Part shown: positions 40,855-47,990 of the stretch, piece by piece | How positions within the stretch are numbered: position 1 is the first letter of the stretch | Layout of the letters: every line of letters starts with the position of its first letter | Virus record (IMG/VR): IMGVR_UViG_3300037455_001046 | Location: 7,901 to 71,900 of that record | Strand: one strand, 5' to 3' | From: a virus | Lineage: Duplodnaviria > Caudoviricetes | Length of the DNA: 64,000 nt | Program-made: the position numbers and the translations under genes | The notes under the pieces: generated by a model | Seen by the model: only the letters and a program-made list of their open reading frames with translations | The model's database searches: none | Told to the model about the DNA's origin: nothing

Positions 40855-41790
40855 ATGGCTTCTGAGACTGTAGTTTATACTCCCGAACAGAACAACGGGG
40901 GTACTGTGCCCGCTTGGCTCGCTTACAACAATGGCGGCCTCGGTAATGGGCTTGGCGGCTGGGGCGGAGGCATTCTCGGCTTCCTTCTCGGCCTCTTCTT
41001 CGGTAATGGCGGTTGGGGCGGTTTCGGTAACGGCTTCGGCGGCTTCGGCGGCGGAGCTGGCGCTGGCTTCCTCTCCAACCAGCTGAGTAACGATTCTGGG
41101 CGTGAGCTCCTGATGAACGCGATCAACTCTAACGGCGAAGCCTCTCGCTCTGCCGTGCAGAATCTCGCGACCGCTCTCGGCCAGGATTTCAATCTCGTCA
41201 ACAGCGGCGTGAGCGCAATCCGCGACGGCCTCGCCGCGCTGACCGCGCAGACCGGTATGTCTGCACTCCAAATCCAGAATTCGATTCAGTCTGGCGACGC
41301 CGCACTCGCTTCGAAGCTCTGTGAGTGCTGCTGCAATATGAAGCAGCTGGTTACCACTCAGGGTTACGAAAACCAGATTGCAACCCTCAACCAGACCAAC
41401 GCACTGGCTGGCGCTATCACCGGCGGCAACCAGCGCATCGTTGATGCAATCTCGGATCTCAAGTCCACGACAATCTCCGAATTCTGCGCCGCTCGAGAGA
41501 GAGACATGCAGAGCAAGATCGACACGCAGGCTGACCTCATCACCCAGTTGCGCGGCCAGCTCGACAACGACCGCCAGACGGCCCAGCTCGCGGCTCTTAT
41601 CGCACCCATCCAGCAGGAGGTGAACGACATCAAGTGCAAGCAGCCGTCCACCGCGACCGTCACCTACCCGAACCTCGTTGCCGTCAATGCTACTCCGTAT
41701 GTCAGCGGCGGCTACTACCAGGGCGGTTATAACGGCTACTACGGCGGTGGAGTCCCCGGTTTCGGCTGGGGTAACGGCATCAGCTTCTAA
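40855..41790 (+). CDS. Gly-rich/hydrophobic N-terminus plus CECCC coiled-coil protein (accessory cassette gene 1)
   Basis: GGWGGGILGFLLGLFFGNGGWGG segment, CECCC motif, coiled-coil and Gly/Tyr-rich tail. Confidence 0.8.
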   Translation: MASETVVYTPEQNNGGTVPAWLAYNNGGLGNGLGGWGGGILGFLLGLFFGNGGWGGFGNGFGGFGGGAGAGFLSNQLSNDSGRELLMNAINSNGEASRSAVQNLATALGQDFNLVNSGVSAIRDGLAALTAQTGMSALQIQNSIQSGDAALASKLCECCCNMKQLVTTQGYENQIATLNQTNALAGAITGGNQRIVDAISDLKSTTISEFCAARERDMQSKIDTQADLITQLRGQLDNDRQTAQLAALIAPIQQEVNDIKCKQPSTATVTYPNLVAVNATPYVSGGYYQGGYNGYYGGGVPGFGWGNGISF

Positions 41791-41804
41791 GAAAGGAGGT
41801 CGCC

Positions 41805-42149
41805 ATGTTTTGTTGCACTTACATCACAACGAACAGCAATGGCACGCAGCTCCTTAGGACAAGCAGTGTGACCGTCGGTACGGACACCGTGGACTTCGCC
41901 CTCGGCTTCCGCAGAATCCCGCAGATGGGTTACCTGACGATCAACATTGCCGATGCCATTCCGACTGGAACGACGGGCACCTTACCCGTTCGCTTCACGC
42001 TGAACGGCAACACCCGTAACCTCACCTACTTCGGAGGTACGAACGTAACCGCCGAGGATCTCGAAGGCGTTGGAGTGATCACGGTCTTCTACGACTTCTT
42101 CAGCGGTCTGCTCCAGCTCACCTCACCTCTTGCACCGGCTGGTGCTTAA
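41805..42149 (+). CDS. Small beta-sandwich protein (cassette gene 2)
   Basis: 114-aa Thr-rich ORF beginning MFCC. Confidence 0.7.
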   Translation: MFCCTYITTNSNGTQLLRTSSVTVGTDTVDFALGFRRIPQMGYLTINIADAIPTGTTGTLPVRFTLNGNTRNLTYFGGTNVTAEDLEGVGVITVFYDFFSGLLQLTSPLAPAGA

Positions 42150-42173
42150 TCATCCATTCATTAACTCAACAAT

Positions 42174-42665
42174 ATGTTCCAGAACCTTAGTCAGGGGGCA
42201 TCCGTAACGCTCTTCTATCGTAACGAGCCCCGCATCATAACAGGAAAGGTCGCTTCCGTCAATACCCACATGCCGACCTACAACCCGAACCAGCCGATGG
42301 CGATGTTCAACGGACTCGTCACGGACATCACCGTCCAGGCTGGAAACGAATCAATCCCCTTCGCCGGGTTGCCGGCTAACGGAGTGGTAGCAGATTTCCC
42401 CAGCAAGGGGATGTTCCTGGCGATAGACAGCGCGGCGGCCTACCGCGAGGTGGACACCGCCATCGCCGCCTTCGAGCAGGATCTTGCGACGGTACCCGAG
42501 AAACAACGTCTCCTGGAAGGCTACAAAAAGCTGCGCCTGGAGAAGAACCCGGAGGCCAGAAGAGAGGCCGAATGGGAGAAAGAACGGGCCGAGATGCGGG
42601 GCCAGATCGAAGAGATGAAGCAGATGCTCTCTGCGGTTCTCGGTTCTAAAGCAAAGGAGAAATAA
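42174..42665 (+). CDS. Hypothetical protein with C-terminal coiled coil (cassette gene 3)
   Basis: 163-aa ORF with an A-rich leader. Confidence 0.7.
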   Translation: MFQNLSQGASVTLFYRNEPRIITGKVASVNTHMPTYNPNQPMAMFNGLVTDITVQAGNESIPFAGLPANGVVADFPSKGMFLAIDSAAAYREVDTAIAAFEQDLATVPEKQRLLEGYKKLRLEKNPEARREAEWEKERAEMRGQIEEMKQMLSAVLGSKAKEK

Positions 42666-42667
42666 CT

Positions 42668-42898
42668 ATGGGACTTATTCACATCATGGAGCGGAGCGAC
42701 GACACCGCCCGCTTCAACGAAGCTATGAAACGCGCCAAGTCCGGGCTGATGGAGGCCTGCGAGATCTGGGAGGATATGAAAGCCGAGCTCTCCGAGCGTG
42801 GCGGATACGGCGAGCGTAGCAGCTACCGCCGCCGCGACGACTGGGGCGGCGAGTACGAAGAGCGCCGTGGCCGGGACTCCCGTGGCCGCTATATGTAG
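42668..42898 (+). CDS. Small charged protein ending RGRDSRGRYM (cassette gene 4)
   Basis: 76 aa with an Arg/Gly/Tyr-rich tail. Confidence 0.65.
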   Translation: MGLIHIMERSDDTARFNEAMKRAKSGLMEACEIWEDMKAELSERGGYGERSSYRRRDDWGGEYEERRGRDSRGRYM

Positions 42899-42905
42899 CA
42901 CCGAG

Positions 42906-42930
42906 GCGGGGAGGGGCGACTCTCCCCGCT
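42906..42930 (+). terminator. GC-rich hairpin (terminator or processing site) inside the cassette
   Basis: GCGGGGAG...CTCCCCGC stem with no clear T-tract. Confidence 0.4.
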
Positions 42931-42947
42931 ATTAAAACGATACGACA

Positions 42948-43352
42948 ATGGAAAGGTTAGACTACTACGACATCATGCCAAAGGGCATGGATGCATACCT
43001 GGCAAGCCACGGCCATCACATATCCAAGCCGATGCTCGAGTGGGCGGTAGGCATGATGCGCGACCGCGCTGGGAACAAGGTCAACCTGATTGACCGGAAG
43101 GCCTTGGACGAGATGATTAAAGCCAACGGAATCCAGCTCCGCCGCAAGGAGGGGTTCTACGATCCGATCTATGTGTACTGCATGGCCAAAAGCGATTACC
43201 TCGGCTCCTCGATTACGGATGAGGCGAGGCTTGTCCGCTACGTCGTCGACTACATCGATGACGAGGATGGAAACCCGACGAGGGCCTTCGACGAACTCTA
43301 CATCAACTGCCTGGCGAAGGGGATCGACATCCCCTGGGCCGAACTGATTTGA
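42948..43352 (+). CDS. Hypothetical protein (cassette gene 5)
   Basis: 134 aa ending DDEDG...IPWAELI. Confidence 0.7.
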   Translation: MERLDYYDIMPKGMDAYLASHGHHISKPMLEWAVGMMRDRAGNKVNLIDRKALDEMIKANGIQLRRKEGFYDPIYVYCMAKSDYLGSSITDEARLVRYVVDYIDDEDGNPTRAFDELYINCLAKGIDIPWAELI

Positions 43353-43759
43353 TGATGGAACACCGCATTCTATACATAGGTAAGTGGCACATAGACTTCC
43401 TCTTCGCAGAAGAGGGCTATGACCGGGAGGAAGCGCTGGAGTATCTCTACGACTGCGGCGCTTCCGACTATGCCCTGCGGCAGGCGGAGAACCTGATGGT
43501 CTTGTGCGAGTGGAACTGTGGCTTCACATTCGCCAATCCGCTGGAGTATCGCGCCGTGGTTTTCATCGGGCCTACCAGCAGCAGCGATGAGTTCATCAAC
43601 ACGACGGTGCATGAAGTCCATCACCTGGCCGTCGCCATCGCGGAAGAGCTGGGCATAGACCTGGAGAGCGAGACGCCGGCCTACATCGCTGGAGACTCGG
43701 CGAAGGCGCTGGCCGATGTCATCTGCCAGATGGGCTGCCCTCACTGTCACGCTTCCTGA
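43349..43759 (+). CDS. Putative small zincin metallopeptidase-like protein (cassette gene 6)
   Basis: HEVHH (HExxH) motif followed by SETPAY with a candidate third-ligand Glu. Confidence 0.55.
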   Translation: MMMEHRILYIGKWHIDFLFAEEGYDREEALEYLYDCGASDYALRQAENLMVLCEWNCGFTFANPLEYRAVVFIGPTSSSDEFINTTVHEVHHLAVAIAEELGIDLESETPAYIAGDSAKALADVICQMGCPHCHAS

Positions 43760-44936
43760 AGTACGGGTTGTCCCGCATCAGCTCGGCGTTCTTCTCCTTC
43801 TCGAACTTGATGTACTTTCGGAAGGTGGCCTCGCTGGTGTGGCCGGTGATGAGCATGATGTTGTAGGCCGGGACTCCGTGCTTGTACATATTCGTGGCCG
43901 CCGTCCGCCTTGCGGTGTGGCTGGTCACCAGGTCGCACTTGGCCTTGACCTCCTCGACCCTCTTTCCGCCCTTGAAGAATACCCTCGTCACGGGCTGGGT
44001 CAGGCCGGCGTCGCGGCACACTTCCTTTATATAGGTGTTGAGCTTCTGCTCGGATATCTCCGGCACCTTTCCGTCATAGCGGTCGAGGATCTCCCTGACG
44101 ATAGGGTGGAGAGGGATGCTGACGCGGAAGCCTGTCTTCTTGTGCGTAAAGTATATGGTGTCGTCGGTGACGTCCTTCTTCTCCAGCCTGGAGTAGTCGC
44201 TCCAGCGCATCGCGGTGTAGCATCCGACGAGGAAGATGTCTCGGGCCTTGGCCTTGTAGCCTGTCAGCGGCAGGGCATAGATGGCATCCAGCTCCTGCTC
44301 CGTGAGGTACACCGCATCCACCTCCTCCTGCTGCTTGCGGAAACGCTGGTAGTCCGTGTTGTCGTGCAGCTTGTCCCTGAGGGCGGCGTTCATCACGGCC
44401 TTGAGGTTCTTGATCTGCGTTCCCTTCATATTCTCCTTGTAACCCTTGACCTCGTCCATCCATCGGCAGAAGTCTTCGTAGAACTTGTCGTCGATGGCGG
44501 AGAAGGACAGGGGAGTACGGAACTCGGAAAGGATTCTCCACGACAGGATGCGGTTGCGGCCGATGACCTTTCGGCTCTCCGACCGGGTGGTTGCCCAGTG
44601 GTGGTAGTATTCCAGCAGGGAGTTGTCGTCCGTCCTGGCGGCGGGCTGGTTCTTCGCCTTTAGGATGGCGTCCCGCACCTGATCCAGCGTCCAGCCATCG
44701 TCGGCCATATGGAGCAGGGCGGTCTGCGTGACGGTGTCCCAGGAAGAGAGCGATGCATTCTTTGCCCTGTAGGATATGTCAGATGGGCGAACCCGTTGCC
44801 GCTTGGAATCCCAATCCTTCGCCCAGACCTGTATCTTGGTGGAGATCTTTACCTGATCCTGGCCCTCGCGGATGCGGAGCAGGATCGTCGACAATGCGTT
44901 TTCGTTGTGTGTTCTCAGGATGAAAATGTGTGACAT
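43719..44936 (-). CDS. int: Tyrosine recombinase / phage integrase
   Basis: Catalytic residues R (TAMRWSD), K (HKKT), HxxR (SHTARR), H (ITGH) and Y (FRKY); start placed at ATG 44936. Confidence 0.93.
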   Translation of the reverse strand: MSHIFILRTHNENALSTILLRIREGQDQVKISTKIQVWAKDWDSKRQRVRPSDISYRAKNASLSSWDTVTQTALLHMADDGWTLDQVRDAILKAKNQPAARTDDNSLLEYYHHWATTRSESRKVIGRNRILSWRILSEFRTPLSFSAIDDKFYEDFCRWMDEVKGYKENMKGTQIKNLKAVMNAALRDKLHDNTDYQRFRKQQEEVDAVYLTEQELDAIYALPLTGYKAKARDIFLVGCYTAMRWSDYSRLEKKDVTDDTIYFTHKKTGFRVSIPLHPIVREILDRYDGKVPEISEQKLNTYIKEVCRDAGLTQPVTRVFFKGGKRVEEVKAKCDLVTSHTARRTAATNMYKHGVPAYNIMLITGHTSEATFRKYIKFEKEKNAELMRDNPYFRKRDSEGSPSGR

Positions 44937-44940
44937 GGTC

Positions 44941-45189
44941 TTGAAATCATAGGGTTCGACCCCCGTTTGTTTGAAATTCGGACCCCAATTGGGGTCTTTT
45001 TTGGTGGAAAATGGTGGAAAGTTCGTGGAAAGAGATGGACGGCACCCTCGTTTTAGGGGCGTAGAAGGCATATAACGGAAAAAGTCGCTGGCTTTCAGCG
45101 ACTTCTTCGTACCCCCTCAGGGGGTCGAATGGTCGCTGAGTATCAGCGTTTTGTAAAATTGGGGTCCCGTAACACATACTTTTGGGGTC
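44941..45189. other. attP region (intact): tRNA-3'-end-like core, terminator and GACCCC arm-type repeats
   Basis: Minus-strand TTCGACC-CCCTG-AGGGGGT-A-C (45129-45109) fits T-loop/T-stem/acceptor/discriminator. Six GACCCC(C/A) copies at 44958, 44981, 44989, 45120, 45159 and 45182. Confidence 0.65.
45077..45104 (-). terminator. Intrinsic terminator downstream of the att core / repressor
   Basis: Minus-strand AAGTCGCTG-AAAGC-CAGCGACTT followed by a T-run. Confidence 0.7.
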
Positions 45190-45516
45190 TTATTTCCCGG
45201 CGGTCAGCCGTTCGATGACGCTCGCCAGCCTGGCTATGGTCTCCTGCTGGCTGGCGATGATCCGCATCGCATCATCGCTCTGCCTCGGTAAGTGGCCGAA
45301 ATTTTGAAATAAATTAGGCTCACTTACTCCGAACGTCTCCGCAAACTTGTCGATAAATTTATCGCTGAGTCCGTTCGTTCCGACCTCAATGTTATTGAGT
45401 GCCTGAGGTAGGATGCCCAAAGCCTTGGCTATATCACTCTTAGTCATTTGTTTATCTACGATCAGGTGCTTCATTTGCTCTTCGTACCACTTTCTTTTCT
45501 GCTCTGCAATTTTCAT
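45190..45516 (-). CDS. XRE-family HTH repressor (CI-like)
   Basis: MTKSDIAKALGILPQALNNIEVG HTH; divergent from the early operon; no peptidase domain. Confidence 0.8.
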   Translation of the reverse strand: MKIAEQKRKWYEEQMKHLIVDKQMTKSDIAKALGILPQALNNIEVGTNGLSDKFIDKFAETFGVSEPNLFQNFGHLPRQSDDAMRIIASQQETIARLASVIERLTAGK

Positions 45517-45541
45517 ATAAGTGAAAATAAATGAAAAAAAT

Positions 45542-45574
45542 TTTGGAGGAATAAATTATTTTTATTTATCTTTG
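45542..45574 (+). promoter_or_regulatory. Rightward (lytic early) Bacteroidetes sigma-A promoter
   Basis: TTTG (45542-45545), 21-nt spacer, TATCTTTG (45567-45574): exact consensus. Confidence 0.8.
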
Positions 45575-45618
45575 TAATGCGAAACAATATCGCCGACTAA
45601 TAAACGAGGCGAAGTTCA

Positions 45619-45650
45619 CAAAGATAGAGAAAATGTTTACAAAACCCAAA
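45619..45650 (-). promoter_or_regulatory. Leftward (repressor) Bacteroidetes sigma-A promoter
   Basis: Minus-strand TTTG (45650-45647), 20-nt spacer, TATCTTTG (45626-45619). Confidence 0.7.
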
Positions 45651-45827
45651 ACACTCATCCAGCAACTGATGGAGATGGAGCTCTGGACGGAGGCTGAAAT
45701 CAAGTCCAGGGTGTTCAAGACGTCATCCGTCCGCGTGGCGGTGACCAAGCTGCGTAAGCAGGGATACGACTTCCTTGTGACGGAGAAAGGCATCTATGAC
45801 GGATGCAAGGTAACGAGAACACGCTAA
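45633..45827 (+). CDS. Small winged-HTH protein (Cro/Apl-like position)
   Basis: 64 aa, SSVRVAVTKLRKQGYDF; first gene of the rightward operon. Confidence 0.6.
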   Translation: MFTKPKTLIQQLMEMELWTEAEIKSRVFKTSSVRVAVTKLRKQGYDFLVTEKGIYDGCKVTRTR

Positions 45828-45920
45828 CACAACATCACCCGGGGAGGGGAATCACAATGTAACTCTTTTCATTGCAATCGGAATCCTTCTTCATATCACA
45901 GTTTTTCCCCTCCCTTTCTT

Positions 45921-46175
45921 ATGGCTATGCGAACCATCCAATACAAAGACATCAAGGAGCGCCTCACCCTGCTGGGTCAGGAGGCGCACACGATTGACGG
46001 CAAGAAGCGTAAATATGCCAAATGGCATTTCTCGCCGGGGACACTCAACGACGGGGTCGATTACGCATCGCCCGAGTACCTTGACCCGATCATCTTCTTC
46101 ACGAAGCGCCCCGCGACCAACGACGCCGCCAGGCGCATCGCCTACCTGTTCGAACTCGACATCAAATGGAGATGA
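45921..46175 (+). CDS. Hypothetical early protein
   Basis: 84-aa ORF, ATGA-coupled to the next gene. Confidence 0.6.
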   Translation: MAMRTIQYKDIKERLTLLGQEAHTIDGKKRKYAKWHFSPGTLNDGVDYASPEYLDPIIFFTKRPATNDAARRIAYLFELDIKWR

Positions 46176-46492
46176 ACGCCGCCGACGCCCTCGACCGCTT
46201 CGCCGGACTTTGCGACAGGCTCTGCCGCCTGATCGACGCGACCGACGACAAGATCTCCGCCCTGGAGAGGAAGGTCCGCGACCTCGAGGCCGGACAGGCC
46301 GAGCTGATGACCGCCACGGATGTGGCGAAGGCCACCGGCTGGTCGAAGTCCGCCGTGGCGAAGTGGGTTGAGACGGGGTTCATCAAGTCCGTGCATGTGA
46401 CGGGCAAGAAGAACCCGCTCATCCCCGCCAGCGAGGTGGAGACCATCCTCAACCGCCGGGGCATCGGCAAGAACTATGGGGGGATCAGGTGA
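46172..46492 (+). CDS. Excisionase-like HTH protein with N-terminal coiled coil
   Basis: LMTATDVAKATGWSKSAVAKWVETGFIKS MerR/HTH_17-like motif. Confidence 0.65.
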   Translation: MNAADALDRFAGLCDRLCRLIDATDDKISALERKVRDLEAGQAELMTATDVAKATGWSKSAVAKWVETGFIKSVHVTGKKNPLIPASEVETILNRRGIGKNYGGIR

Positions 46493-46644
46493 TGGAATGC
46501 TCCGACAAGTGCAAGTTTTTCCGCTGGTGGTACAACCGCCGCTACGACGAACCCGAGGACTTCTGCCGCCTCCTCCGCCGGAGGGTCTTCTTCGGCCCCG
46601 GCCACGACTGCAAGCACGGAATAGAGAAACAACCAACCAGATAA
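46492..46644 (+). CDS. 50-aa Cys-containing protein (not in the ORF track)
   Basis: MECSDKCKFF...FC...DCKH; coupled to the upstream stop. Confidence 0.5.
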   Translation: MECSDKCKFFRWWYNRRYDEPEDFCRLLRRRVFFGPGHDCKHGIEKQPTR

Positions 46645-46646
46645 CC

Positions 46647-46832
46647 ATGAAATCGAACCTCTGGAAAGCATTCGTCATCGGGATGATGATAGTCTGCACC
46701 GCCTTGTTCATCGCCTGCCTCATCGCGGGGTTCAGCGGCAAGGCCCATTGCTTCATCACCGCCATCATCTTCGCCATGGGCGCGCTCGTCAATGCGGATG
46801 AGCTGGCGGACATCATCAAGGAGAACAAGTAG
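46647..46832 (+). CDS. Small two-TM membrane protein
   Basis: MKSNLWKAFVIGMMIVCTALFIACLIAG... hydrophobic helices. Confidence 0.6.
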   Translation: MKSNLWKAFVIGMMIVCTALFIACLIAGFSGKAHCFITAIIFAMGALVNADELADIIKENK

Positions 46833-46833
46833 C

Positions 46834-47007
46834 ATGCTCAGTCGCAACGACAGGATCATCGTGGAGGCCATCAAGAAGGCCCAGGTCGTCGAGATCAGGC
46901 TTCTCGACCGCGGAGCGGAACATACCGTCCGCATCACGCGCGACTCCCGTTGTTGCCACGACATAGCGCTGGCCGTTCAGGACTACCTGAAGCGATCGGC
47001 GAAATAA
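46834..47007 (+). CDS. Hypothetical protein (57 aa)
   Basis: ORF in the operon chain. Confidence 0.5.
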   Translation: MLSRNDRIIVEAIKKAQVVEIRLLDRGAEHTVRITRDSRCCHDIALAVQDYLKRSAK

Positions 47008-47270
47008 CCCCCGCCGGAGGGCATCCGGCAAAGGCGAACACCGGCCTTCTCAAGAACGATGGTAGAAAGTGCGGCGACAAATTTACGCCGCGTGGGGTAA
47101 CGGCCTACATTAAGATTCGCGGGGCGCGTCCATAGCATAAGGATGCCAAGTAGGTTCCGGGGGAACCGAAAACGGCAAGGGAGGAAAGCATAACTCCTTG
47201 CGTCCCGGCCTGTAATGGGCGCGGCATCCGCCGCAAGGTCTAAAGCCCTTTGAAACGCAGATAGCAGGAA
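47008..47270 (+). ncRNA. Candidate structured non-coding RNA / leader upstream of the methyltransferase
   Basis: About 280 nt without a credible ORF and at least five consecutive stem-loops. Confidence 0.35.
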
Positions 47271-47288
47271 ACGAAAACACTTCAAGAT

Positions 47289-47990
47289 ATGGAATGGAAA
47301 TACACCAAGGAGAACCCTCTCCGCGTGGTCACCCTCTGCTCCGGCTATGATAGCCAGCTGATGGCGATCCGCAACCTGGGCATCCCCTATGAGTGCGTCG
47401 GCTGGTCGGAGATCGACACCTACGCCATCCGCGCCCACAACGCCGTGTTCCCCGAACTCGCGGGAAAGAACCTCGGCGACATGACCAAGATAGACTGGGA
47501 CCTCGTCGATGACTTCGACCTCCTGTTCTACTCCACGCCCTGCACCGACTTTTCCAACGCGGGCAAGCAGGCAGGCGGAGAGGAGGGGAGCGGAACGCGC
47601 TCCTCGATCCTCTGGTGGACGCGCTACGCCGTCCAGAAGAAGAAGCCGAAATACCTCATCATGGAGAACGTCAAGGCGCTGGTCAGCGACAAATTCCGTC
47701 CGCTCTTCCACAAGTGGTGCGATGAGCTTCAATCTTACGGTTACACGAACTTCGCCCAGGTGCTGAACGCAAAGGACTACGGCATCCCGCAGAACAGGGA
47801 GCGCATCTTCGTGGTTTCCATCCTCGGCGACGCCTGGTTCAACTTCCCCCAGCCGTTCCCGCTCAAGCTCCGGCTCAAGGACATGCTGGAGGAGAAGGTC
47901 GACGAGAAATACTATCTCCCTCAGGACAAGGTAGACCAGTTCATCGAGCAGCTCGACGATGAAAAGAAGGCTCTCATCGAGGCCGATTAA
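47289..47990 (+). CDS. dcm: C5-cytosine DNA methyltransferase, N-terminal catalytic half (motifs I-VIII)
   Basis: LCSGYDSQ (motif I variant), STPCTDFS (IV), MENVKAL (VI), IPQNRERIF (VIII); stops before the TRD and motifs IX-X. Confidence 0.92.
   Translation: MEWKYTKENPLRVVTLCSGYDSQLMAIRNLGIPYECVGWSEIDTYAIRAHNAVFPELAGKNLGDMTKIDWDLVDDFDLLFYSTPCTDFSNAGKQAGGEEGSGTRSSILWWTRYAVQKKKPKYLIMENVKALVSDKFRPLFHKWCDELQSYGYTNFAQVLNAKDYGIPQNRERIFVVSILGDAWFNFPQPFPLKLRLKDMLEEKVDEKYYLPQDKVDQFIEQLDDEKKALIEAD

Noticed and set aside
45109-45129. Complete tRNA gene
   Set aside because: Only the T-loop-to-discriminator portion is present; upstream sequence does not form D or anticodon arms. Treated as the att core.
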